Source of the DNA: Candidatus Ratteibacteria bacterium
GTDB lineage: Bacteria > Ratteibacteria > UBA8468 > B48-G9 > JAFGKM01
NCBI GenBank assembly: GCA_046296715.1
Contig: JBKBIN010000030.1
Location: 1-16,817 of the forward strand
Direction of reading: 5' to 3'
Length of the DNA stretch: 16,817 nt
Of the stretch, positions 7,642 to 16,739 are shown piece after piece. Below the pieces are notes generated by a model. The model made no database searches. It had not been told where the DNA came from and worked only from the letters and a program-made list of their open reading frames with translations. A program made the translations under genes and the position numbers. Numbering within the stretch: the stretch's first letter is position 1; each line of letters opens with the position of its first letter.

Positions 7642-9047
7642 ATATAATTTTGATAATTTCAGATACTTTAAGAAGAGATTTTTTAGGTTGTTATGGTAAT
7701 AATTGGATTTCAACACCCAATATAGATAAATTTGCTAAAAATTCAATTTTATTTGAAAATGCTTATATAGGTTCATTTCCAACAGTTCCAAACAGACATG
7801 AAATTCTAACAGGAAGATTTGTCTTTACATATCATAAATGGGCTCCTTTGCCTGAAAATGATATAACAATTCCAAAAATTTTAAGAGAAAAAGGATACAT
7901 AAGTATGGGAATTTTTGATACACCTCATCCATTTGCACCAGGTATGAATTATCAAAGAGATTTTGATGGCTGGATTTTAATAAGAGGTCAGGAAAATGAT
8001 AAATATATAACAGAACAAATAGATATTAAATTACCCTGTAAACCAGAAAAATTGAGAAATCCATATAAAACAGTTATTCAATATTTAAAAAATGTTTCAA
8101 AAAGGATATATGAAGAAGATTATTTCTGTGCACAAACATTTATTGAGGCAAGTAGATGGATTGAGAAGAATTATAAATATGAAAAATTTTTTCTATATAT
8201 AGATACATTTGATCCTCATGAGCCATGGGATCCACCAAAATATTTTGTTGATATGTATGACCCTGATTATAAAGGAGAAGAAGTTATTTATCCGAGATAT
8301 GGAAGTACTGATATTTTAACAGAAAGTGAATTAAAACATTGTATCGCTTTATATTCAGGAGAAGTTTCACTTGTTGATAGATGGTTTGGATATTTTTTAA
8401 GGAAAGTAGAAGATACTGGTCTTCTTAAAAATACATGTATAATTTTTACTGCTGACCATGGTTTTTATCTTGGAGAACATAATCTTATAGGTAAATCAAT
8501 AATTAAGGAAAATTTTCATTCTTGGGCACCTTTATATGAAGAAGTTACAAGAATTCCTCTTTTAGTTTACTTACCAGGGATTAAACATAAAAGAATTAAA
8601 TCATTTGTTCAACCACCTGATATTACAAAAACAATTTATGAATTAACAAGTTCAGGAATTTCAATGGATATGCATGGAGAATCATTAATACCTCTTATTG
8701 AAGACAAAAAGGATAAAATAAGGGATTTTGTAATTTCTTCTCCTCCAATAATATATGGTTCACCAGCAGGAGAAAAGATAACAATTACTGATCAAAGTGG
8801 TTGGTGCTACATATATGAGACAGAAAAAGGAGAGAAATATGATATAAAAGCAGTTGACTCTATTGAAAGAGAAACATTAAAAGAAAGAATTAAAAGTGAT
8901 GAGTTATATTTTCTACCTGATGACCCAAAACAAGAAAAAAATTTAGCAAAAGAAAGACCTGATATATGTAAAAAACAAAGGGAGAAAATTATAAAATTTC
9001 TTTATCAAGTAAAGACAGATGAGAAAATAATAAATTTTTGGAAATAA
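7638..9047 (+). CDS. Sulfatase-like hydrolase (alkaline phosphatase superfamily) with Thr at the catalytic position
   Basis: NIILIISDTLRRD, TPNIDKFA, GSFPTVPNRHEILTG, DTFDPHEPWDPP, YSGEVSLVDRWFG, FTADHG, LYEEVTRIPL and ELY..DDPKQEKNLA. SD AAGGAGG lies at 7624-7630, and the start overlaps the iclR stop (ATGA). Confidence 0.88.
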   Translation: MNIILIISDTLRRDFLGCYGNNWISTPNIDKFAKNSILFENAYIGSFPTVPNRHEILTGRFVFTYHKWAPLPENDITIPKILREKGYISMGIFDTPHPFAPGMNYQRDFDGWILIRGQENDKYITEQIDIKLPCKPEKLRNPYKTVIQYLKNVSKRIYEEDYFCAQTFIEASRWIEKNYKYEKFFLYIDTFDPHEPWDPPKYFVDMYDPDYKGEEVIYPRYGSTDILTESELKHCIALYSGEVSLVDRWFGYFLRKVEDTGLLKNTCIIFTADHGFYLGEHNLIGKSIIKENFHSWAPLYEEVTRIPLLVYLPGIKHKRIKSFVQPPDITKTIYELTSSGISMDMHGESLIPLIEDKKDKIRDFVISSPPIIYGSPAGEKITITDQSGWCYIYETEKGEKYDIKAVDSIERETLKERIKSDELYFLPDDPKQEKNLAKERPDICKKQREKIIKFLYQVKTDEKIINFWK

Positions 9048-9060
9048 AAGGAGGATAAAA

Positions 9061-10977
9061 ATGAAAGCAGAAAAATGTGTTTTGATTGGGTGGGATGCAC
9101 CTATTGTAAAAAGGGTTAAAAAATATGTTGAAGAAGGTGTTATGCCTAATACAAAAAGGATGATTGATGAAGGCGTTTGGGGAGAAAATTGTCTTGTCCC
9201 ACATCCAACTATAACTCCACCAAATTGGACAACAATTGTAACAGGCAGTTGGATAGGAACACATCAAATAGTTTGTTTTAATTTACTTGAGGAAGGACAG
9301 CTTGAAAAAACATATGCAGCATTTTATAAGGATGATTGTAAAGCAGAATATATATGGGAAGCAGCAGAAAAAATTGGTAAAAAGACAATTCTTTTGAATT
9401 ATCCAAGTACCTGGCCAAATGCAGTAAAAAATGGAATCCAAATTGGAGGTGGAGGTCTCGCAATAAATGAATATAGATTGAAAGGAGTTGAAGAATGGGG
9501 AATTAAAGTTGATATAAGTGCTGACTTATGCTTTACAACGGAAGAGTTGCCACAAAGTTATCCAGCAAAAATAAAAGATATAGAGGGATGGAAAAATTTA
9601 CCTAAAGGTAAAGATTTTAAGGAAGCAGAGATAAAGATTGAATTTAGATGGAGTGATTATATATCTAAAGAAAGACCATGGTATTTGCTTTTAATAAATT
9701 CAGGTGATGGATATAATAAGGTTGGGATTTATAGAGAAAAGGATGGAGAAAAACCTATTGCTATATTAGAAAAAGGAAAATGGAGTGAAAAAATTTATAC
9801 AGAAATAGATACAGATAAAGGAAAAAAGAGAGTTGTTTTCAGAATAAAACTTATTGAGTTAACTCCGGATGGCAAGAATATAAAAGTTTATTTTACACCT
9901 TTATGTTCTTTGTCAGGTTTTGGTTTTCCTTCTGGAATTGAAAAAGAGCTTGAAAATTTTGAAGGACTTCCTATACCATGTTCCTTTTTTACTTCAAATC
10001 GTCTTGGGTGGATTGATATAGAAACAGTTTCAGAACTTATTGACCTTCAAAATGAATATCTTGGTCAATGTGCAAGATACTTACTTAAAAATAAGGAATG
10101 GGATCTATTCTTTATGCATGCTCACTGTCCTGATCATTTCTATCATCCTTTTATAAATGAAATAGAAAAAGACAAAAAAGTTGAAGAGGCAGAGAAAAAA
10201 TTTTATATTTCACTTGATAGAATGCTTGGTGTAATTCTTGAAAGTATTGATGAAGGAAAGACATTAATTATAATAACTTCAGACCATGGAGCAGTTCCAA
10301 CTCAGGAAGAATATAGAGAAACAGGTTTTAATGTAAATCAAATTCTTAAAGAAAAAGGATTACTTGTTACTGAAATTGATCAAGAGACAGGGAAAGAAAG
10401 GATTATATGGGGAAAAACAAAAGCAATTGGAAAGTTATCATGTTATGTTTATATAAATCTAAAAAGCAAATATTCCCATGGTATAGTTGAAGATAATGAA
10501 TATGAAGAAATTCAAGACCAGATTATAAAAGCTCTCTATGATTATACAGACCCAAAAACAGGAAAGAAACCTGTTGCTTTTGCTTTCAAAAAACAAGATG
10601 CAAGAATTATTGGATTATATGGCGAGAGAGTTGGAGATGTTGTTTATGGTTTATATCCTGAAACTCCTGGTGAACATGGAAGACAAATAACAACTGGAGA
10701 ATATGGTATTGGTTCAATGAAAGGTTTGTTTATTGCAAAAGGACCTAATATTAAAAAAGGAGAAATTATTGAAAGGACAATATGGCTCACAGATATAGTT
10801 CCAACAATATGTTATCTTCTTGACCTGCCAGTCCCAAAGGATTGCGAAGGTGCAGTATTATATCAAATTTTTCAAGACCCTGACTTTAAAATAAAAGAAA
10901 TTGAAACACTTAAAAAAAATTATGAGAGAGTGAAAAAGGCAATTGAAGCAGAAAAACATCTGACACATAATTATTGA
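9061..10977 (+). CDS. Type I phosphodiesterase / nucleotide pyrophosphatase (NPP)-family protein, AlkP superfamily
   Basis: VLIGWDA (metal Asp12), PTITPPNWTTIVTG (Thr52 nucleophile), PDHFYH, ITSDHG, GEHG, GLFIAKGP and LTDIVPTI. SD AAGGAGG lies at 9048-9054. No signal peptide is evident. Confidence 0.85.
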   Translation: MKAEKCVLIGWDAPIVKRVKKYVEEGVMPNTKRMIDEGVWGENCLVPHPTITPPNWTTIVTGSWIGTHQIVCFNLLEEGQLEKTYAAFYKDDCKAEYIWEAAEKIGKKTILLNYPSTWPNAVKNGIQIGGGGLAINEYRLKGVEEWGIKVDISADLCFTTEELPQSYPAKIKDIEGWKNLPKGKDFKEAEIKIEFRWSDYISKERPWYLLLINSGDGYNKVGIYREKDGEKPIAILEKGKWSEKIYTEIDTDKGKKRVVFRIKLIELTPDGKNIKVYFTPLCSLSGFGFPSGIEKELENFEGLPIPCSFFTSNRLGWIDIETVSELIDLQNEYLGQCARYLLKNKEWDLFFMHAHCPDHFYHPFINEIEKDKKVEEAEKKFYISLDRMLGVILESIDEGKTLIIITSDHGAVPTQEEYRETGFNVNQILKEKGLLVTEIDQETGKERIIWGKTKAIGKLSCYVYINLKSKYSHGIVEDNEYEEIQDQIIKALYDYTDPKTGKKPVAFAFKKQDARIIGLYGERVGDVVYGLYPETPGEHGRQITTGEYGIGSMKGLFIAKGPNIKKGEIIERTIWLTDIVPTICYLLDLPVPKDCEGAVLYQIFQDPDFKIKEIETLKKNYERVKKAIEAEKHLTHNY

Positions 10978-11012
10978 AATTGGTTCATATTTATTTTTTA
11001 AAGTTTAAAGGG

Positions 11013-11018
11013 TATTAT
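11013..11018 (+). promoter_or_regulatory. Putative -10 element for leaderless mfd transcript
   Basis: TATTAT ends 7 nt before ATG 11026. There is no SD at the usual spacing and the -35 is weak. Confidence 0.35.
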
Positions 11019-11025
11019 CTTTTGT

Positions 11026-13938
11026 ATGGAGGAGTTTTTTTTAAATGGAAATAGAAAGATTAAAGAAATCTTGGATTTTATAAATAGAGAGGTAAGGTTA
11101 AATATCGCGGGTGGTGATATCCCTTTTTTTGCTTTTCTTACGGCTTCAATTTTTAAACAACTGGACAAAAATTTTATTGTAATTCTTCCTAATGAAAAGA
11201 AAAGTGAAATTTTTTATTTTGATATTCTAAATTTTATTGATAAAAAGAATGTTATATTTTTACCTTCTCCAGATTATAATTATGACCAGCCAACAGAAAC
11301 AAATTTTGAAAGAGTGAAAACACTGATAGAAATTTCAAATAAACAGGAAAAATTTATCCTTATTTCTTATCCATTAGGAATTATAAAAAAAATACCTGAA
11401 TTTGATGCCTTAAAAGACAAAATATGCATTATTGAAAAAGATAAACAGTTAAGAAGAGATTATTTATTAAATTTTCTTTTTAGAACCGGATATGAGGAAA
11501 AAGAAATAGTTGAATTACCTGGTGAATTTGCAAGAAGAGGAGCGATAATAGATATTTTCCCTTTAAATTCTCCTTTCCCTTTGAGAATAAATTTTATTGG
11601 AAATAAAATAGAATCAATAAGAAAATTTGAAGTTTCATCTCAGAGTTCATTTGAAAAAATTGATAAATTTGAAATTTTCCCTTTAAATGAATTTTATGTA
11701 GGTGAAGAAAATTCAGATATATTCAAAGAGATAAAAAATAAGATTGTTTTTTTTATAAATCCGAATCAAATTAATCTTGACCTGATAAATAAAAATAATC
11801 ATTCAATAGATTTAGAGATAATTGAAAAGGTTAAAGAAAATTCAATATTTTTGTCGGATAGAATTTTAAGTTTTGCAGAAAAAATTATCTATTTTAACAT
11901 TGCTTCAGTAGATGAAAGGTTTAAGGTTTTACCAGAAAAAGTTATTTGGCAACAAAATATTGATGAGAAAATTTTTATATTTTATGAGAATATATCTGAT
12001 ATAGAAAAGTTAAAAAACAAATTAAAAGGTGAAAATCTTTTTTTCAAATTTGATGAAATCCAAGGAAATTTATCAACTGGATTTACTATTTTAGAAGAAA
12101 ACTTAACTTTTTTGAGTATCAATCAAATATTCTCAAGATACAAAGCAAGACATCCACTCTTAAAGAAATATAAAACTGTTCCAATAACTGGCTGGTTTGA
12201 AATAAAAGAAGGAGATTTTGTTGTTCATATAAACGAGGGGATAGGGAAATTTGTTGGTATTGAAAAAATAAAAGTTGATAATAAAGAAGAAGAGTTTATT
12301 GTAATTGAATATCAAAATGAAGATAAATTATATGTTCCTATTAATCAGATTTCCTTAATACATAAATATATCGGGAGTGAAAAACCAAAATTATCTAAAC
12401 TTGGAAGTAAAATATGGAGAAAAACAAAGGAAAAGGTTAAAAAATCAATTAAAGACCTTGCAAATGAATTATATAAGCTTTATATAGAGAGAAAAAAACA
12501 AACTGGTTTTAAATTTCTTCCAGATGATGAATGGCAGAAAGAATTTGAAGAGTCATTTATATATGAAGAAACACCCGATCAATTAAAGGCGATAGAGGAA
12601 GTTAAAAATGATATGATGAGTGAAAAAATTATGGATAGAATAATATGTGGTGATTCTGGATATGGGAAAACAGAAGTTGCTATGAGGGCTGCGTTTAAAG
12701 CAGTTTTAAGCGGTAAACAAGTAATTATTCTTGTTCCAACAACAGTACTTGCTTTACAACACTATTTAACTTTCAAAGATAGATTTTCAAAATTTCCTAT
12801 TACTATTGAGATGCTTTCAAGATTGATTCCAGAAAAAAAGCAGAAAGAAATAATAAAGAAATTAAAGGTTGGACAAATTGACATAATAATAGGTACTCAT
12901 AGAATTTTACAGGAAGATGTTGAATTTAAAGACCCAGGATTATTAATCATAGATGAGGAACAAAGATTTGGTGTAATTCAAAAAGAAAAAATCAAAACAA
13001 TTTTCAGAAATATAGATGTTTTAACATTAACAGCAACACCAATCCCAAGAACTCTAAGTATGGCATTAAGTAAGTTAAAAGATATTTCTTTAATTGAAAC
13101 TCCACCTGAAGGAAGATTATCAGTTATTACATATGTTGGTAAATACAGTGATAATATTGTTAAACAAGCGATTTTAAATGAGATTGAAAGAGGAGGTCAA
13201 ATTTTTTATTTACACAATTATATTTATGATATTGATAAAGTTAAAGAAAATATTCAGAAACTTGTTCCTCTTATAAAAATAGATATTGCTCATGGCAGAA
13301 TGGGACCAGAAGAAATAGAAGATGTTATGTCAAGATTTAGGAATGGAGAGATTGATTTATTAATTGCAACTACAATTGTTGAAAATGGACTTGATATTCC
13401 GAATGCAAATACTTTAATAGTTGATAATGCTTTAAGATATGGGCTGGCTGACCTTTATCAATTAAGGGGAAGGGTTGGAAGGTCTAAGTGGCGTGCATAT
13501 GCTTATTTCCTCTATCCATCTAATATTCCTTTAAATAAAAAATCTATTGAAAGATTAAAAGCAATACAAGAATTTAATAATCCAGGCAGTGGTTATAAAA
13601 TTGCTTTAAAAGATCTTGAAATAAGAGGAGCAGGAAATATACTTGGGAAACAGCAACATGGATTTATTGAAATGGTTGGATTTAATCTTTACTGTCAATT
13701 CTGGAAAGAAGTAATGGAAGAAATAAAAGGGGAAAAGATGATAGAGGAAATAAGAGAAGTTAAGATAAAAATTCCAGATGACTACATAAAATCACCCTCT
13801 CTGAAATTTTATATATACAAGGAAATATCAAAGATTAAGAATAAAAAAGATGCAGAAAATTTAATAGTTCAAATGATTGATAAATTTGGATATATACCTG
13901 ATGAATTAAAGGAACAAATTATAAACATGGATTTTTGA
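11026..13938 (+). CDS. mfd: Transcription-repair coupling factor Mfd
   Basis: UvrB-homology module (GYE...PGEFARRGAIIDIFP), RID/CarD-like domain (GDFVVH..GIGKFVG...DKLYVP), SF2 motifs FIYEETPDQ, GDSGYGKT, VPTTVLA, DEEQRFG, TATPIPRT, ATTIVENGLDIPNAN and QLRGRVGRS, TRG motif DLEIRGAGNILG, and the start of the TRCF domain (IPDDYI). Confidence 0.97.
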   Translation: MEEFFLNGNRKIKEILDFINREVRLNIAGGDIPFFAFLTASIFKQLDKNFIVILPNEKKSEIFYFDILNFIDKKNVIFLPSPDYNYDQPTETNFERVKTLIEISNKQEKFILISYPLGIIKKIPEFDALKDKICIIEKDKQLRRDYLLNFLFRTGYEEKEIVELPGEFARRGAIIDIFPLNSPFPLRINFIGNKIESIRKFEVSSQSSFEKIDKFEIFPLNEFYVGEENSDIFKEIKNKIVFFINPNQINLDLINKNNHSIDLEIIEKVKENSIFLSDRILSFAEKIIYFNIASVDERFKVLPEKVIWQQNIDEKIFIFYENISDIEKLKNKLKGENLFFKFDEIQGNLSTGFTILEENLTFLSINQIFSRYKARHPLLKKYKTVPITGWFEIKEGDFVVHINEGIGKFVGIEKIKVDNKEEEFIVIEYQNEDKLYVPINQISLIHKYIGSEKPKLSKLGSKIWRKTKEKVKKSIKDLANELYKLYIERKKQTGFKFLPDDEWQKEFEESFIYEETPDQLKAIEEVKNDMMSEKIMDRIICGDSGYGKTEVAMRAAFKAVLSGKQVIILVPTTVLALQHYLTFKDRFSKFPITIEMLSRLIPEKKQKEIIKKLKVGQIDIIIGTHRILQEDVEFKDPGLLIIDEEQRFGVIQKEKIKTIFRNIDVLTLTATPIPRTLSMALSKLKDISLIETPPEGRLSVITYVGKYSDNIVKQAILNEIERGGQIFYLHNYIYDIDKVKENIQKLVPLIKIDIAHGRMGPEEIEDVMSRFRNGEIDLLIATTIVENGLDIPNANTLIVDNALRYGLADLYQLRGRVGRSKWRAYAYFLYPSNIPLNKKSIERLKAIQEFNNPGSGYKIALKDLEIRGAGNILGKQQHGFIEMVGFNLYCQFWKEVMEEIKGEKMIEEIREVKIKIPDDYIKSPSLKFYIYKEISKIKNKKDAENLIVQMIDKFGYIPDELKEQIINMDF

Positions 13939-13957
13939 TAAAATAAAATCCTAAAAT

Positions 13958-16660
13958 TCACCAGTTCAAAATATTTAAAAAAAGTCGTTCTGCTGAAAGG
14001 TCAAATGTATCTGTATTTTCTTTCAATCTATTTTTTATCATGCAGGATGAGACAATTATTTTTCCTTCTCCATAAGAAAGTTCTAAAATACAAGGGCTTT
14101 TTTCATCATTAATCCAGAGAAGAGTTTCTATTTTGCTATATTCTTGGGGTTGCTCAATTATCAAAACTCCATCAGCAATTACTCCATTTTCACCATTCCA
14201 TCTTTTTAAATATTCTTCATCTATTCGTTCAAAGATTGGATGATTTTTATTTTTTATAAATGCGTACGAACTTCTCTTAGAACCTAAGTATCTCGGACCT
14301 TTATCAATTTTAAAATTTAAAAGAGCTTTCCAATCCCATTGTTTTTCAGCAAAAATTACAAGTTTTCCACCTTCTTTCACATATTTTTTTATTATATCAA
14401 ATTCTTTTTTTATTGCTTCTTCAACTTTACTCTCATCCCATACTACAATTAATTCTGGTTTAATTTCTTCAAGTTTTAATTTTGTTGAATAATTAATTTC
14501 TTTTTCTTTTAGATAATCTTCTATGAAAGAATCACTACCAAGAAAGACCAAAGTTTTTTCTTTAAGTTTTTCTGGAATTTGATTTTTTTCAATTGTTCTT
14601 ATTATACGTTGGCTAATAACTTTTCTTTCTTTTTCTTCAAGAACCACGGAAAGAAAATATTTTCCTTCTTTATCAGGTAAGGGCCATTCAAAATATTTTA
14701 TTTTTTCAGAATATGGGTTTATTTCTAATTTCTCACTTTTTTTAAAAATCGGTTTTTCAAAAGCAGAAGGGTTTCCAAGAAATTCAGGATTTGATGAAGT
14801 TATATAGTAAGTTAGTTTTACTGACGATTTAGAAGGAGTCTCATTTATTATATAAATAGGGGTTGAAATTTTTTCTTTTGTTTTAAAATTTCTATTGAAA
14901 AGATCAATACTTACACAAACAGGTGATAATGAACTTTTTAAAGATGCAAACATAGGGGTGGGGAATTCTTTTTTCCAAAATTTTCTATTAGGTATTTTCG
15001 TCCACATCCCATACATATAAGGGAAAATACCATCGTATTTCTGTCTTCTCATTGATTCGGTTTGTTCCATGCCAAACTGAGCATAAACAAGTTGTGCTTG
15101 TTCATCGTTTTCAGTAGATCCTGTCCATTTTAATCTCCTTTCAGATGGAAAACCTTCAATATATTCTGAATTTACAATCGGTCTCTTTTTAGTATCCCTT
15201 TTTTTAAATTCTGCTACATCATTAATAACTCTAAAAAAATCACCTTCTGCTCCAAACCAGAAACCTTCATAACAATGAATATCCTTTATATCTTCAGTTA
15301 TCTTTCCTGCTCTCATTACTGGTCTACTCGGATCAAGTTTTTTTATTTCAGGTATTAATTTTTCAAGTTCCCATTTTTCCTGCTCATTTGGAGATTCATT
15401 AGTTGCAACCCATATAACAATTGATGGATGATTTGCAAGTTCTGATATCCATGCCAAACTATCTGAAATACAATTTTTTTCAAAGATTTCTTGTTCTTCA
15501 GGAGTAAAGTTAAATTTAAGATAATTGTAAGTAATTGGAAACTCAGCAAGAATAAGCATTCCATTTTCATCGCATATATCAAGCCATCTATGAATTGGAG
15601 GTTGAGTATGAGTTCTGAATGAGTTCAAATTCATTTTTCTCGCCCAGTCAATTATATAATCTTTTATAGTTGACAAATCGCTGTTAAGTTTTTCTGACCA
15701 TCTCCATTCATTAACGAGATTTGAACCCCGGAAGTAAAAAAGTTTGTTATTTAAATAAAAATTGCCGTCTTTAACTTTTAATTCTCTCATTCCAAATCTA
15801 ACTTTTTTTTCATCGCATAATTTATTATTTAACCAAACATCAATAACTGCTATATATAAATATGGATTTTGAGGTGACCACAATTTCATATTTTTAATTG
15901 GAACTTCTATTTCAACACCTGAATTTTCTTTTAAACTATTTGCTGATAAAATTTTTTTTGAAGTTCCTGAAATTGTAGATGTATCTTTCCATGGTTTTAC
16001 ATTGATTGAAATTAAAACATCACCTGTTAAATCATTTTCTATATCAAAATCAAACCATAATTTAAATTTTACTTTTTTTGAATCTATATCTGGAAATGTC
16101 AATATTTTCTGTAAATGAATTTTGTCGTAAAATTCAATCCAGATATCCTCTATGTATGGTTTTTTTGACCCCCAATTAAAAATACTAGCACCTGTTGGGA
16201 TAAGAGGAAATCCGCTTTTACTCCGTGGAACACTTTTCCATGCATTTACACTTAATATAATAGAATTTTCACCAGATTTTAATAAACCTTTAGGAATTAC
16301 AATACTATAAGGAGAAACAAGAAAATTCCCTCCTATTTTTTCTCCGTTTATCCATACATCTGCTCCATAATATATTCTTTGCCATTTAAGAACAGCATTC
16401 TTTTTCATCATTCCCTCATTTATTATAAAATTCTTTTTAAGCCAAATTCTTTTTGTCTTATCAAGATCAACTTGTTCTATTGAAATTGTAGGAATTGATA
16501 GAGAATCCCAGTTTTTGATTTTAAATATATCTGAATAATCATAATTATCACTTTCATTTTCAATTAAAAACTGCCAATTTCCGTTTAGTGATAAAGTTGA
16601 AGGATTATTAATAGAGAATAAAGAAGAACAAAAAATAAAAAAATTTGCTAAAAATATCAT
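13958..16660 (-). CDS. Secreted glycoside hydrolase family 2 protein (beta-galactosidase/glucuronidase-like) with C-terminal accessory domains
   Basis: LSLNGNWQF; VWINGEKIG; LWSPQNPYLY; RFGMRE; FYLNNKLFYFRGSN; NLNSFRTH; LDICDENGMLI; NHPSIVIWVATNE (acid/base Glu); LDPSRPV; PIVNSEY (nucleophile Glu). ATG 16660 is chosen as start because AAGGA (16673-16669) lies 8 nt upstream and a signal-peptide-like MIFLANFFIFCSSLFS follows. The track's start at 16732 is the TTG of the -35 box. Confidence 0.9.
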   Translation of the reverse strand: MIFLANFFIFCSSLFSINNPSTLSLNGNWQFLIENESDNYDYSDIFKIKNWDSLSIPTISIEQVDLDKTKRIWLKKNFIINEGMMKKNAVLKWQRIYYGADVWINGEKIGGNFLVSPYSIVIPKGLLKSGENSIILSVNAWKSVPRSKSGFPLIPTGASIFNWGSKKPYIEDIWIEFYDKIHLQKILTFPDIDSKKVKFKLWFDFDIENDLTGDVLISINVKPWKDTSTISGTSKKILSANSLKENSGVEIEVPIKNMKLWSPQNPYLYIAVIDVWLNNKLCDEKKVRFGMRELKVKDGNFYLNNKLFYFRGSNLVNEWRWSEKLNSDLSTIKDYIIDWARKMNLNSFRTHTQPPIHRWLDICDENGMLILAEFPITYNYLKFNFTPEEQEIFEKNCISDSLAWISELANHPSIVIWVATNESPNEQEKWELEKLIPEIKKLDPSRPVMRAGKITEDIKDIHCYEGFWFGAEGDFFRVINDVAEFKKRDTKKRPIVNSEYIEGFPSERRLKWTGSTENDEQAQLVYAQFGMEQTESMRRQKYDGIFPYMYGMWTKIPNRKFWKKEFPTPMFASLKSSLSPVCVSIDLFNRNFKTKEKISTPIYIINETPSKSSVKLTYYITSSNPEFLGNPSAFEKPIFKKSEKLEINPYSEKIKYFEWPLPDKEGKYFLSVVLEEKERKVISQRIIRTIEKNQIPEKLKEKTLVFLGSDSFIEDYLKEKEINYSTKLKLEEIKPELIVVWDESKVEEAIKKEFDIIKKYVKEGGKLVIFAEKQWDWKALLNFKIDKGPRYLGSKRSSYAFIKNKNHPIFERIDEEYLKRWNGENGVIADGVLIIEQPQEYSKIETLLWINDEKSPCILELSYGEGKIIVSSCMIKNRLKENTDTFDLSAERLFLNILNW

Positions 16661-16702
16661 ATATCTCATCCTTTCACACATTTTTTTAAAAATTTTGATT
16701 AT

Positions 16703-16732
16703 ATAATATTTCAAAAATTTTGTATATGTCAA
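16703..16732 (-). promoter_or_regulatory. Putative sigma70 promoter of the GH2 gene
   Basis: On the - strand: consensus TTGACA (16732-16727), an 18-nt spacer, then TATTAT (16708-16703), with an overlapping TATAAT at 16703-16698. Confidence 0.65.
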
Positions 16733-16739
16733 GTCAAAT

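Noticed and set aside
16688..16722. AAAAATTTTG direct repeat (16688-16697, 16713-16722) around the GH2 -10 box as an operator
   Set aside because: Almost pure A/T in an extremely AT-rich spacer, so it is not distinguishable from background without comparative data.
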